Positions 18,107-28,036 of a DNA stretch of 64,000 bases are shown here, piece after piece. How positions within the stretch are numbered: position 1 is the first letter of the stretch; every line of letters begins with the position of its first letter. This DNA comes from Deltaproteobacteria bacterium (GTDB taxonomy: Bacteria > Myxococcota > Kuafuiibacteriia > Kuafuiibacteriales > Kuafuiibacteriaceae). Where the stretch lies: the NCBI GenBank assembly GCA_040218735.1, contig JAVJQW010000041.1, forward strand, positions 224,001 to 288,000. The letters are read 5' to 3'. The notes under the pieces are model-generated. The model saw only the letters and a list, made by a program, of their open reading frames with translations. It did not search any database and was not told the DNA's origin. The translations under genes and the position numbers were made by a program.

Positions 18107-20019
18107 GCGTGCGCTTCGGTTGGCTCGTCGGCGTCGCCGTCCTCCTCTCCCTCGTCGGCTCGGACGCCGGCGCTGCGCCGGCTTCGTTCGAGGTCGAGTG
18201 GCCCGCACGGCGCGTCTGGGTCGGCGCCGAAGGGGTCGAAGGCATCCGCGTGATCGCGCGGGACGCCCGCGGCGGCGTGGATACTTCGTTCGCGGGGCCG
18301 CTGCGCATCGAGGGCCTCACCGGCACGTCGTCCCTCGCCGCCGAGGGCGGCGTCGTGAAGGTGCCGCCGACGACGATCGAAGCCGAGACCCTGGTGCTCT
18401 CGGGCGACGGCGCTCGGTCGGAGATCGGCGTCGCTGCGTTGGGCGGGGCGTGGACGCTGCTCCCCGCGTTCCTCGCGATCGCGCTCGCGCTGATCACGAG
18501 GCAGGTGTTGCTCTCGCTGTTCGGCGGGGTGTTCCTCGGTGCGGCGCTCCTGCACGGGAGCTTCTGGCAGGCGTTCCCGCGTTCGTTGGACCTGGTCGTC
18601 GGCGTGACGGCGGACCCGGACAAACTCAAGATCATCACGTTCACGATGTTGATGGGCGGGCTCGTCGGCATCATCAGCAACAACGGCGGCACGGCCGGCA
18701 TCGTCGACAAGATCGCGAAGCGCGCGACGAGCGCCCGCTCGGGTGCGCTCGCGACGTGGGGCATGGGGATGCTCGTGTTCTTCGACGACTACGCGTCGTC
18801 GCTGTTGATCGGTACGACGATGCGTCCGGTCACGGACCGCTTCAAGATCTCGCGCGAGAAGCTCTCGTACATCGTCGACTCCACCGCCGCGCCGATCTCC
18901 AGCCTCGCGCTGATCTCCACGTGGGTCGGCTACGAGGTGAGTGTCCTCGGCGACGCGCTGAAGGCCGCGGGGATCGACCGTGACCCGTACGAGGTCTTCA
19001 TCGCGGGGATCTCGTCGCGCTTCTACCCGATCTACGCGCTGATCTTCGTGTTCATCGTCGCGTGGATGCAGAAGGACTTCGGGCCGATGCTCGCGGCGGA
19101 GCGGCGTGCGTTCAAGGAAGGCAAGCTCATCCGCGACGGCGGCGCGCCGCTGATGGACGCGGGGCTCGTCGCGGAGGCCGACAAGATGAAGGCCGCCGCG
19201 CCGAAGTGGTGGATGGCGGCCGTCCCGCTCGTCGTGTTGGTCGGGACGGTGATCGTCGTCCTCCTCTACACCGGCCTCGCCGCCGCCGAGCTCGACCCCG
19301 ACGGCTTCGCGGCCGCGCGCGCGGAGGGGGCGGTGCGGGTGCTCGGCTACATCCTGTCGAACGCTGCGTCCTACGACGCGCTGGTGTACGCGGGCGCGGC
19401 GTCGAGCGGTGTCGCGTTCTTCATGTCGGCGCGCTCGATGGGTCTCACGCCGTTGATCGACGCGTTTGTCAGCGGCCTGCGCGCGATGACACTCGCGGTG
19501 GTGGTGCTCTGCCTCGCGTGGTCGATCGGCAAGGTGATGACGGACCTGTACGCCGGGGACTTCGTCGCGACGCTGATCGGCGGCGCGCTCCCGGCGTGGT
19601 CGATCGGTGCGATCACGTTCGTGCTCGCGGCGGTCATCGCGTTTGCGACCGGGACGTCGTGGGGGACGATGGCGATCCTCTTCCCGATCTCCATCAAGGT
19701 CGTCGCGCTCCACACCGGCTCGCCGGACTTCGAGGCGTACCTGCTCGGCGCGTCGAGCGCGATCCTCGCGGGTGCGGTGTTCGGCGATCACTGCTCGCCG
19801 ATCTCCGACACGACGATCCTCTCGTCGATCGCGTGCGCCGCCGACCACGTCGACCACACGCGCACGCAGGCGGCGTACTCGGTGGTGTGCGGCGCGGTCG
19901 CGATCGTCGTCGGCTACATCCCGTTCGGGTTGGGGCTGCCGGCGTGGGTGTCGGTGGTCGTGGGTATCGCGTTGCTCGCGGGCATCCTCCAGGTCTTCGG
20001 CAAGTCCCGCGAAGCCTGA
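18103..20019 (+). CDS. NhaC-family Na+/H+ antiporter-like transporter with N-terminal exported domain
   Basis: FFDDY, SREKLSYIVDSTAAP, FATGTSWGT, GAVFGDHCSPISDTT; about 130-aa N-terminal soluble region after a signal peptide. Confidence 0.9.
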   Translation: MSVRFGWLVGVAVLLSLVGSDAGAAPASFEVEWPARRVWVGAEGVEGIRVIARDARGGVDTSFAGPLRIEGLTGTSSLAAEGGVVKVPPTTIEAETLVLSGDGARSEIGVAALGGAWTLLPAFLAIALALITRQVLLSLFGGVFLGAALLHGSFWQAFPRSLDLVVGVTADPDKLKIITFTMLMGGLVGIISNNGGTAGIVDKIAKRATSARSGALATWGMGMLVFFDDYASSLLIGTTMRPVTDRFKISREKLSYIVDSTAAPISSLALISTWVGYEVSVLGDALKAAGIDRDPYEVFIAGISSRFYPIYALIFVFIVAWMQKDFGPMLAAERRAFKEGKLIRDGGAPLMDAGLVAEADKMKAAAPKWWMAAVPLVVLVGTVIVVLLYTGLAAAELDPDGFAAARAEGAVRVLGYILSNAASYDALVYAGAASSGVAFFMSARSMGLTPLIDAFVSGLRAMTLAVVVLCLAWSIGKVMTDLYAGDFVATLIGGALPAWSIGAITFVLAAVIAFATGTSWGTMAILFPISIKVVALHTGSPDFEAYLLGASSAILAGAVFGDHCSPISDTTILSSIACAADHVDHTRTQAAYSVVCGAVAIVVGYIPFGLGLPAWVSVVVGIALLAGILQVFGKSREA

Positions 20020-20031
20020 TATTTTCTCGGC

Positions 20032-20817
20032 GTGACGAACGTCCTCATCACGGGCGCCGCCTCCCCCGGAGGCATCGGGCGCGCGACGGCGCGCGCCTTC
20101 ATCGAAGCCGGCGCGCACCCCATCCTCGTCGACATCGATGAAGCAGGCCTCGCGGACGCCCGCGCGAAGCTCGGCGACGCGGTGACGACACACGTCGCGG
20201 ACCTGTCCGACGCCGCGGCGATCGCTGCGCTCGTGGAGCAGCTCGACGGGGTCACGCTCGACGCGTTGATCAACAACGCGGCGCGCGTGGAGCGGGTGCC
20301 GTTCGACGCGATGACCCCCGAGAAGTGGCGGCACCTCACTTCGGTGAACCTGGACGCGGCGGTCGAGCTGACCCGGCTCTGCCTGCCGCTCCTGGAGCGC
20401 TCGGCGGCGCCCTCGGTCGTGAACCTCTCCTCCGTGATGGGCGGGCCGTGGGGCTGGGGTCAGCACGTCCACTACAGCGCAGCGAAGGGCGCGCTGGAGG
20501 CGGCGACGCGCGCGCTCGCGGTCGAGCTCGGGCCGCGCGGGATACGCGTGAATGCGATCGCGCCGGGGTTCATCGCGACCGCGCAGAGCACGGGTGCAGA
20601 GCAGGGGGGCGGCGCGGATCGACTACAGAGCGCGGCGCGGTTCATCCCGCTGCGGAGGATCGGTGTGCCGCCGGAGGTCGCGGAGGTCGTGACGTTCCTG
20701 TGTTCACCCGGCGCGCGCTACATCACGGGCGCGACGCTGGTCGTGGACGGCGGACTGACGCTCGGTGATACGTTTGCGTTGTTCCGGCTGCTCGACGACG
20801 CAAAGGGTGCCGAGTAG
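20032..20817 (+). CDS. SDR-family oxidoreductase
   Basis: TGAAS.GGIG, NNAA, YSAAK, VNAIAPG, VDGG. Confidence 0.93.
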   Translation: MTNVLITGAASPGGIGRATARAFIEAGAHPILVDIDEAGLADARAKLGDAVTTHVADLSDAAAIAALVEQLDGVTLDALINNAARVERVPFDAMTPEKWRHLTSVNLDAAVELTRLCLPLLERSAAPSVVNLSSVMGGPWGWGQHVHYSAAKGALEAATRALAVELGPRGIRVNAIAPGFIATAQSTGAEQGGGADRLQSAARFIPLRRIGVPPEVAEVVTFLCSPGARYITGATLVVDGGLTLGDTFALFRLLDDAKGAE

Positions 20818-20828
20818 GTTCGTTGACG

Positions 20829-22070
20829 ATGAAACCCACGCGCGCCGATCTCGACGAGAGGTTCGCCTCCCCGAGTTACTTCGTCGACCCGTACGACGTG
20901 TATCGCCAGGCGCGCGCCGAGGCTCCGATCTACTGGAGCGAGCTGTTCCACGGGTGGGTCGTCACGAAACACGCAGACGTGGTGCGGACGAAGCGCGACT
21001 TCGACAACTTCGGCAACTCGGGGCGCTACGGGAAGTACGTCGATCGCCTCCCCGAGGACGTGCGCAAGGAGATGGGGCCGCTGTACGAGGCCTGGGACAC
21101 CGGCATCATGCACGCCGACCCGCCGCACCACACGTTCCTTCGGAACATCATGATGCGTGCGCTGACGCCCAAGATGATGCGCGCGATGGAGGAGCGTGTC
21201 TTCGAGCTGCTCGACGAGGCGCTCGACAAGGTGGTGCCGAACGAGCCGTTCGACTTCGTCGAGACCGTCGCGGGGCCGCTGCCGTGTACGATCGTCGCGG
21301 ACCTGATCGGCGTGCCGGCCGAGACGCAGCCGACGTTCCGCAAGTGGGCGAGTGACATCACGGAGTTCGTCATCCGGCCGAACGTCGAGGTCGCGTGGCG
21401 TACGCGCGCGACGATCCTCGAAGCGAAGGCGTGGCTCGAGCGCCTGATGGAAGAACGGCGCGCCGAGCCGCGCGAGGATCTCATCACGGCGTTTGCGTGT
21501 ATGGAGGAGGACGGGCGCCGCATGTCCACGGTGGACGCGCTCTCCAACGCGCGCACGATCATGGTCGCGGGACACGGCACGACGACGTCGCTGCTCGCGG
21601 TGGGGTTGCTGTCGGTGTTGGAGCGGCCCGAGGTCTACGCGGCGATCGCGGAGCCGGTCCGCGCCGGCGACGAGTCGCCGTTGAAGCTCGCGGTCGAGGA
21701 GATGATGCGCTTCGAGTCGCCGCTGCAGCGCGACCAGCGCATCGTGCGTCAGCCCGTGGAGCTCGGTGGCTGCGCGATGTCGCCCGGGGAGCTGGTGTTC
21801 CAGATGCTCGGCGCGGCGCACCGCGACGAGGAGGTCTTCGATCGTCCGGATGACTTCGTGCACGACCGCAACCCGAACAAACACCTCGCGTTCGGCTACG
21901 GCATTCACGCCTGCACGGGGGCGACGCTCGCGCGCATCGAGGCGCGCGTCGTGTTCAAGCGGCTCTTCGAACGGTTCTCGAAGGTGGAGCTCGTCGAGCC
22001 CCGCGAGGCGGTCGCCTGGGAGCGCAGCGTGGTGCGGCTCCCGAAGCGACTCCTCGTCAAGGTGAGTTAG
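20829..22070 (+). CDS. Cytochrome P450
   Basis: DPP.H..LR, E.MRFESP, HLAFGYGIHACTG heme-Cys motif. Confidence 0.95.
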   Translation: MKPTRADLDERFASPSYFVDPYDVYRQARAEAPIYWSELFHGWVVTKHADVVRTKRDFDNFGNSGRYGKYVDRLPEDVRKEMGPLYEAWDTGIMHADPPHHTFLRNIMMRALTPKMMRAMEERVFELLDEALDKVVPNEPFDFVETVAGPLPCTIVADLIGVPAETQPTFRKWASDITEFVIRPNVEVAWRTRATILEAKAWLERLMEERRAEPREDLITAFACMEEDGRRMSTVDALSNARTIMVAGHGTTTSLLAVGLLSVLERPEVYAAIAEPVRAGDESPLKLAVEEMMRFESPLQRDQRIVRQPVELGGCAMSPGELVFQMLGAAHRDEEVFDRPDDFVHDRNPNKHLAFGYGIHACTGATLARIEARVVFKRLFERFSKVELVEPREAVAWERSVVRLPKRLLVKVS

Positions 22071-22077
22071 AGCTGAG

Positions 22078-23289
22078 TTAGGGCAGGGGAGGCAGCGGCC
22101 CGACGAACGTCGAGGCGCAGCCGCTCGACGGTCCGCTCAGCCCGTTGATCACGGTGAGGGCGTCGAGCGTCGACAGGACGTTGTCGTTGTTCACGTCGAG
22201 GAAGCCGTTGTTGTTCGGCTGCACGAGCTGCACGCCGGCGCTGATCGCGTTGATGATGCGCAGCGCATCCGAGGGCGTCACGTTGCCGTCGGCGTTGGTG
22301 TCGCAGGGGTGCAGCGGGTTGTGGAAGCCGAAGCCGTAGCCGTCGGCGCCGGTCAGCGCGTTGTCACCGTTCACATCGGGGAAGAGGCCGAGGTCGTTCG
22401 GCACGGAGAGCGCGCCGGTCCCGTCGCGGTCGATCAGCTGCAGGAGCAACAGCAGGTCGCTGATGCTCGAGCCGCCGCTCATGTCGAGGTCGCTCGCGTT
22501 GTTCGGGTTGGTGAAGCCGGCGAACCAGGCGTCGTGGTTCGATGCGTCGAGGATGAAGTTCAGCTCGGTGTCGGTCTGCTGGAAGATGCCGTAGCTGCAG
22601 CTGTAGAGCTCACCCGACGCGATGCCGACCACGGCGTCGAAGGTGCCGGTCGCGAGCGCCGGACCGCCGGAGTCACCCTGGCAGATCGACGCGCCGTCCG
22701 AGACGTGCACCCAGAGCTCGTCGAGGTAGTAGAACAGGACGTTCGTCGACGCGCTGTTGCGCTCGGTGGCGGTACCGGACGGCGTCGTCGGACCGTAGCC
22801 GACCAGCGTGACGGTGGCGGCCGGGAGCGCGAGCGCGCCGAGCGCGACCACGGTCGGCGCGATGGTCGTCACCGGCTGCGTCAGGCGCAGCACCGCGATG
22901 TCGTGCTGCCCGTAGAACGCGTTCGGGTTGTAGCTCGGGTGGACCTCGAACGCCGCGACATCGACGTTCGGCGGGAGGGGGCCGTACGGGAAGAAGCCGG
23001 CGCCCGTGAACTGGATGCCGAGTGTGTTGGGGTTCGCGCCGTCCACGCAGTGTGCGGCCGTCAGCGCGGTCTGCGGGCCCACGAGAACGACGCTGCAGAG
23101 GGTGTTGTCCGCGTAGTCGAGGAGGTGGCCGACCGACACGTGGGTCGAGTCCGGCTGACCGTTGATGATCGCCGACGATTCGACGCCGATGTCATCGGGA
23201 CCGATCGCCTCGGGCCCGAATTCATCGGAGGCCACGCCGCCGCAGCCGACGACGAGGCAGAGAGGGAGGATACGTTTGTAGGTTGTCAT
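22078..23289 (-). CDS. S1 (trypsin-like) serine protease lipoprotein with C-terminal dockerin-like repeats
   Basis: IING, TAAHC, DIAVL, GDSGGP; lipobox-like VVGC; D.N.DG.V...DAL.IIN repeats. Confidence 0.88.
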   Translation of the reverse strand: MTTYKRILPLCLVVGCGGVASDEFGPEAIGPDDIGVESSAIINGQPDSTHVSVGHLLDYADNTLCSVVLVGPQTALTAAHCVDGANPNTLGIQFTGAGFFPYGPLPPNVDVAAFEVHPSYNPNAFYGQHDIAVLRLTQPVTTIAPTVVALGALALPAATVTLVGYGPTTPSGTATERNSASTNVLFYYLDELWVHVSDGASICQGDSGGPALATGTFDAVVGIASGELYSCSYGIFQQTDTELNFILDASNHDAWFAGFTNPNNASDLDMSGGSSISDLLLLLQLIDRDGTGALSVPNDLGLFPDVNGDNALTGADGYGFGFHNPLHPCDTNADGNVTPSDALRIINAISAGVQLVQPNNNGFLDVNNDNVLSTLDALTVINGLSGPSSGCASTFVGPLPPLP

Positions 23290-23397
23290 GCGTCTCATGT
23301 TGAACAGACGCAGTCCGAGCACCAGGGCTGTGGGAGCGCACACGACCGGCCCCGAGCGAACCTCGGGTCCAGCGCATGCAAGACAAGTTGACAGCGC

Positions 23398-25722
23398 TCA
23401 CGCGCGGCGGCGGCGGCGCGTGATCCCCAGCGCGACGATCAACATCAACACCCATCCGTCGGTGCTCCCTGGAACGTTGGTACAGCCAGACGGCTCCGGC
23501 TGTACGGGCTTCGGCTCGACGCGCATCGACAGCGGCTGCACGTCCGTCTGACCCGACTCGTCCTCCACGCGCACGACGAAGGCGAACAACCCGTCCTCGG
23601 TGGGCGTGCCCGAGATCGTCCCGTCCGTCGAGAGCGCGAGGCCGTCCGGGAGCTCACCCGCCCCTGCGAGCACCGACCACGTGGGCGTACCGTCGGCGTT
23701 GGCGACGCCGAGGTCGACGAAGACCTCGGTGCCGACCTCCGCCTCGCGCAACGTGCGCGTCGTGATGACGAAATCACGATCCGTCGCGACCTCGACCAAG
23801 AACACCGCGGTGTCGATGACGTCCGTGGCGTCCTGCACGCGCACGGTGATCGGGAAGAGACCGACGCGCTGAGGCACGCCGCACAGCGCGCCGTTCGACG
23901 CGAGCTCGAGCCCCGGCACGCCACCGTCGACCGCGCTCCACCGGTACGGCTCGAGGCCGCCCTCCGCGATCAGCTCCACGTCGGACGTCTCGCAGTACGA
24001 CTCCCCGACGACCGCCGACGGGAGCGGCTGCGAGAGGATCTGCACGGCGTCACTCGCGCGGAGGACGTGCAGCGTCAGGAGCTTCTGCGCGGTGACGTCG
24101 AGGTCGTCCTTCACCTCGAAGGTGATGTCGAAGGCACCCGCCGCCTGCACCGTGCCGCAGAGCAACCCTTCTTCGGAGAACGTCACGCCCGGCGGCAGCG
24201 TGGTGACCGCACGCCAGACGTACGGCGTCTGTCCGCCGACGGCGACGAGCGCGTGGCAGAACGAACGGCCCACGAAGACCGCGGGGAGGGAGGTCGTCGC
24301 AAACGCCGGCGAGACGGTCGGGCTCAGCACACGCATCGCGAAGGTGCGATCCGCGTGGGCCGTTCCGCTGTTCGCGCGCAGCGTGACCTCGTAGCGACCC
24401 TCGTTCGTCGGGGTGCCGGTCAGGAAGCCGTCCGGGTCGAGCGTGATGCCAGGCGGGAGCGCGCCGCTCGCGATCGACCACGTGACCGGGAGCGGACCGC
24501 CCAGGGCGTACAGGCCGAGCTCGTAGGGTACGCCGACCGTCGCCGCGTCGAGGTGATCGGTGGTGATGACGATCGTCGCCGAGTAGATCGGCACCTTTGG
24601 CCCGACCGCGAGGTTGTTCGTCTCCTGCACCTCCTCGACGACGTCGTCGCCGTCGAGACGCAGGAGCACGCGATACTCGCCCGGCAGGACGGAGCCGGGG
24701 ATGCGAACGACGTCGACGCCGTAGTCGAACGTGTCCTGGGCGACCGACGTCGCGAAGCTCGCGAGGGGGACGTCCAAGGGATCGAGGCGATCGTCGCGCG
24801 ACAGGAAGTAGTCGTAGGGCACGGCGGGCGCGTCCGCGGGACCGATGTTCGAGATGATGCGCGTGATCGCGAGCTCCTCACCCGCGGCCGCCGCGGTCGC
24901 GGTGCCCACGACCTCCGCGGTGAGGTCCGGCACCGGCCAGAGGATCTGCACGGCGGGGCGAGCGGGGAGGCCGTTGTTGTTCACGTTCGACTCCAGCAGG
25001 TCGGCGAAGATGTCCGCGAGCGCGCCGATGTACCAAGCGCCCGTCGACGTGAACGTCCCCGGGAGCACGAGGGTGTCGGTGAACGTGATGGTCTGGCCCG
25101 CCGGGATCGAGACCGGGCCGAACGTCTGCAGCTCGGTGTCGAAGATGCGGATGCGCGCGTCGTCGGAGACGTAGTAGCGATACGAGAAGTCGTTGGCGTC
25201 GATGGTGCTGTCGTTCTGAAGCGTGATCGACGCCGCGAACGGCCGGCCGAGGAAGACAAACGGGTCGGCCGTGACGCTCGTGACGCGGATGTCCGGTCCG
25301 AGGATCGTGAGCAGCGACGAGGACGCCACGCTGTTGTTCGTCTCGTCCGCTTCGGCGACCAGGCCGTCCGGGTCGATCACCGCGAACAGATTCACGGGCA
25401 CACCCGGGACGACCCCGCGGCCCGGCTCGACCGTCAGTGGAAAAGTCACTTCGAGTATCTCGGCGCCCGGGAAGAACACGTAGCCGGTGTAGAGCACCGG
25501 ATCTTGGGTGTCGAAGAGCGGGTCGCCGGACGCGACGATCGCCACCGGCACGTTGCCGGTGAACGGCGCGCCGACCGAGCTGAACGTCGCGGTGACGTCG
25601 ATCGTATCGCCGAGCTCGACGGACGTCGGGGACACCGGGAGGAAGGAGACCGCGGTGAAGTCCGGGAGGGCGGGGCCGCTCTGAGCGATCGTGGCGAGGC
25701 AGAAGGCCAGCGGGAGCTGCAT
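23398..25722 (-). CDS. Cell-surface CARDB + putative-Ig repeat protein with MYXO-CTERM-like tail
   Basis: Three CARDB-like units ending E..ETNN/ESNVNNN; LP.G.TL...G..TGTP Ig repeats; SGC-TM-RRRRR tail. Confidence 0.85.
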   Translation of the reverse strand: MQLPLAFCLATIAQSGPALPDFTAVSFLPVSPTSVELGDTIDVTATFSSVGAPFTGNVPVAIVASGDPLFDTQDPVLYTGYVFFPGAEILEVTFPLTVEPGRGVVPGVPVNLFAVIDPDGLVAEADETNNSVASSSLLTILGPDIRVTSVTADPFVFLGRPFAASITLQNDSTIDANDFSYRYYVSDDARIRIFDTELQTFGPVSIPAGQTITFTDTLVLPGTFTSTGAWYIGALADIFADLLESNVNNNGLPARPAVQILWPVPDLTAEVVGTATAAAAGEELAITRIISNIGPADAPAVPYDYFLSRDDRLDPLDVPLASFATSVAQDTFDYGVDVVRIPGSVLPGEYRVLLRLDGDDVVEEVQETNNLAVGPKVPIYSATIVITTDHLDAATVGVPYELGLYALGGPLPVTWSIASGALPPGITLDPDGFLTGTPTNEGRYEVTLRANSGTAHADRTFAMRVLSPTVSPAFATTSLPAVFVGRSFCHALVAVGGQTPYVWRAVTTLPPGVTFSEEGLLCGTVQAAGAFDITFEVKDDLDVTAQKLLTLHVLRASDAVQILSQPLPSAVVGESYCETSDVELIAEGGLEPYRWSAVDGGVPGLELASNGALCGVPQRVGLFPITVRVQDATDVIDTAVFLVEVATDRDFVITTRTLREAEVGTEVFVDLGVANADGTPTWSVLAGAGELPDGLALSTDGTISGTPTEDGLFAFVVRVEDESGQTDVQPLSMRVEPKPVQPEPSGCTNVPGSTDGWVLMLIVALGITRRRRRA

Positions 25723-25776
25723 CGCCCACTCCCTTCCCGCGAGCGCGTCGGACCTTCAGAAAAAGATCGTCGCGGC

Positions 25777-26373
25777 TCAGAACGCGCGGCTGAAGCGGAG
25801 CGCGACGGTCGGGACCCACGTGGGGATGGCGTCGATCTGCTCATCCAAGAAACGTGGGTCCACCTGCTGCGAGCTCAGGATCGAATCGTCGTCCACCACG
25901 GAGACCCCGAGGAGCCACCGGACGCCGACGCCGAGCGTGAGGTGATACGTGTGCGCGAGCGCCCAGCTGTACCCGACCTCGCCGAAGACGTTCTGCGACG
26001 CCGTGCCGAGCTCGGGGAGGAGGTTCAGCAGGTACCCCGCGCCGATGTACGGGCGGTAGCCGCCGAAGTTCATGAGGTACCGCAGCGACAGCGTCAGGTG
26101 CACGGCGGGCGCCGCTTCCACGCCGACGCCGGCGTACAGCTCGAGGCCCTTCACCTGCGGCATCAACCACCCCGCGACGATGCCGAGGTTGCCCTCGGGG
26201 CCCGCGCCGACCGCCGCTTCGATCACGAACTGACGTTGGTTCTGATCGAGGACGTCGCCGATCGTCTCGCTGTCGTCGTAGATCTGCCGGCCGGACGGCG
26301 TGCGAAACGCGTGGCTCTTCGCGAAGGCGGAGACCGGCGTGAGCAGGAGCAGGATCGTGAGGAGCGCCTTCAC
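25777..26373 (-). CDS. Hypothetical exported protein, probable small outer-membrane beta-barrel
   Basis: Signal peptide; alternating strands (RPYIGAGY, GEVGYSW); C-terminal Phe. Confidence 0.65.
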   Translation of the reverse strand: MKALLTILLLLTPVSAFAKSHAFRTPSGRQIYDDSETIGDVLDQNQRQFVIEAAVGAGPEGNLGIVAGWLMPQVKGLELYAGVGVEAAPAVHLTLSLRYLMNFGGYRPYIGAGYLLNLLPELGTASQNVFGEVGYSWALAHTYHLTLGVGVRWLLGVSVVDDDSILSSQQVDPRFLDEQIDAIPTWVPTVALRFSRAF

Positions 26374-27005
26374 TCGATCCTCCGCTGGAACACGATGCGC
26401 ACGAACCCTTCGAAGGGCGCGCCGATCTCGTCGTCGAGGCGGTCGCGCGCGATCTCGTTGTCGAAGCCGTTCGGGTCGACGAGGAACCAGTTCACCAGGT
26501 TGCCGTCCGCGGCGTACCGCACGCCGGCGAACAGACGCGCCGAGAACGACGGTGTCTCGTGGAGTGTCACGCCGACCTCGAGCAGGTTCACGTAGGCGAG
26601 CCAGAAGTGATCGGCGAGGCGCGCTTCGCCGGACACGCCGAGGCCCGCGCTCCAGTCCAGCCCGAGCCTGAAGTAGTAACGCACGTCGAGGCCGAGCTGC
26701 CCCCGAAGCTCGAGGAGGCTCGAGCGCTCCAGCTTCGGAGAGACCAACAGCCGAAACCCCACGCCGACGTCGCGGTAGCGATACGTGACCGCCGCCCCGA
26801 TCAGCTGATCGCCCAAGAGGTCCTCGCCGTAGATGCTGTCGTCACCGCGCTCGAACGCAATGCCGACGAGGAAGTAACGCTCGGGGTCCGGCGCCCAGTT
26901 CACCGCGTCGACCGGCTCGGTCTCGGGCATGTACGCGGACGCCTCGCGCGCGGACAGCGCCAAGAGCACCAACGGCAAGACCCGGATCGCGGCGTGCTTG
27001 TTCAC
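26370..27005 (-). CDS. Hypothetical exported protein, probable beta-barrel
   Basis: Start moved to GTG 27005; signal peptide ending ASA; amphipathic beta strands; 4-bp overlap with the next gene. Confidence 0.6.
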   Translation of the reverse strand: MNKHAAIRVLPLVLLALSAREASAYMPETEPVDAVNWAPDPERYFLVGIAFERGDDSIYGEDLLGDQLIGAAVTYRYRDVGVGFRLLVSPKLERSSLLELRGQLGLDVRYYFRLGLDWSAGLGVSGEARLADHFWLAYVNLLEVGVTLHETPSFSARLFAGVRYAADGNLVNWFLVDPNGFDNEIARDRLDDEIGAPFEGFVRIVFQRRIE

Positions 27006-27032
27006 GACTGGCTTCGTTGATACTCGAAATTC

Positions 27033-27929
27033 GTGGCGCGTACATCCCTGGTGGCGCTGCTCTCGCTGACGCCGTTCCTCGCGACGTGCGGGAGCCTTCT
27101 CGACCTGTGCCCGCCGGTCGACGGCCGCGTCGGCTTCTTCTCGCGCGGCGACTGCGTGTTCACGCGCGGGAGCTTCTTCGCCGGGCACGAGTGGGTGACG
27201 TACTTCGGCAACGACGCGATCGACCCGGCCGACCGCTTCTCGGAGTCGGAGATCGGCTACGTCGTCGAGGGCAACCGCCGCACGGACTTCCCGATCGAGA
27301 TGCTCGTGCACCTCAACACCAGCGTCCTCGCGTACACCAACGCCGTCGTCGAGTACCAGGACCGGCCCGAGAACCAGGCGATCCACTTCCTCCTCCGGGC
27401 CGACTCGCAGACACCCGCCGCCAAGGAGGAGGCGGAGGCGCTGATGCTCGCGAAGTCGAAGGAGGCGGTGCGGCTGTGGTCGACGGAGCGCATCCGCGCG
27501 CTGACGCTGATCGGTCAGGTCTGCCACACGATTCAGGACTCGTACTCGCCGGCGCACGTCGTGCGACGCCGCACGGCGAACGGATCGCGGTGCATCGATG
27601 TGATGAAGTCGTTCGTCACGCGCGCGCCGGGCTTCGAGATGGACCACAAGGGGCGGCCCGCTCAGTTCCACGGCGGCGACGAGACGACCAACATCGGGCA
27701 CACCACGACCGAGGACTCCATCTACCGCGAAGGTCGCGACTGCCACACGCCGCGTACCGCCCAAGAGGTTCGTGACTGTCTGTCGGAGGACGCGCTGGCG
27801 GCGGTGGACGGGACGACGGACTACCTCGCCGCGATGCACGACCTCGTCGTCAACGGCGCGTCCGAGGACGCGGTCGACGCCGCGCTCGCCGACTACTTCG
27901 CGCGACGCTTCGCATTCTGTCCGGACTGA
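27033..27929 (+). CDS. Hypothetical lipoprotein, possible Zn-dependent phospholipase C/P1-nuclease-like fold
   Basis: Lipobox-like LATC; GHE..T, N..TD, IHF, G..CHTIQDSYS.AH motifs. Confidence 0.55.
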   Translation: MARTSLVALLSLTPFLATCGSLLDLCPPVDGRVGFFSRGDCVFTRGSFFAGHEWVTYFGNDAIDPADRFSESEIGYVVEGNRRTDFPIEMLVHLNTSVLAYTNAVVEYQDRPENQAIHFLLRADSQTPAAKEEAEALMLAKSKEAVRLWSTERIRALTLIGQVCHTIQDSYSPAHVVRRRTANGSRCIDVMKSFVTRAPGFEMDHKGRPAQFHGGDETTNIGHTTTEDSIYREGRDCHTPRTAQEVRDCLSEDALAAVDGTTDYLAAMHDLVVNGASEDAVDAALADYFARRFAFCPD

Positions 27930-28036
27930 ACCCGAGACGAGCGTGGCGAAGTGGCACGGTCGAGGCACGATGCGTCACGGGATCGCCGACGCGACGGGCC
28001 ACGCGGTTGGCCCGCGCCTTGAATTCACCTCCGCGC

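Noticed and set aside
24067-26595. 842-aa plus-strand ORF (likewise 14403-16406, 18058-20472, 16250-18208, 33902-35926)
   Set aside because: Each lies opposite a motif-bearing gene and has the composition of an antisense frame.
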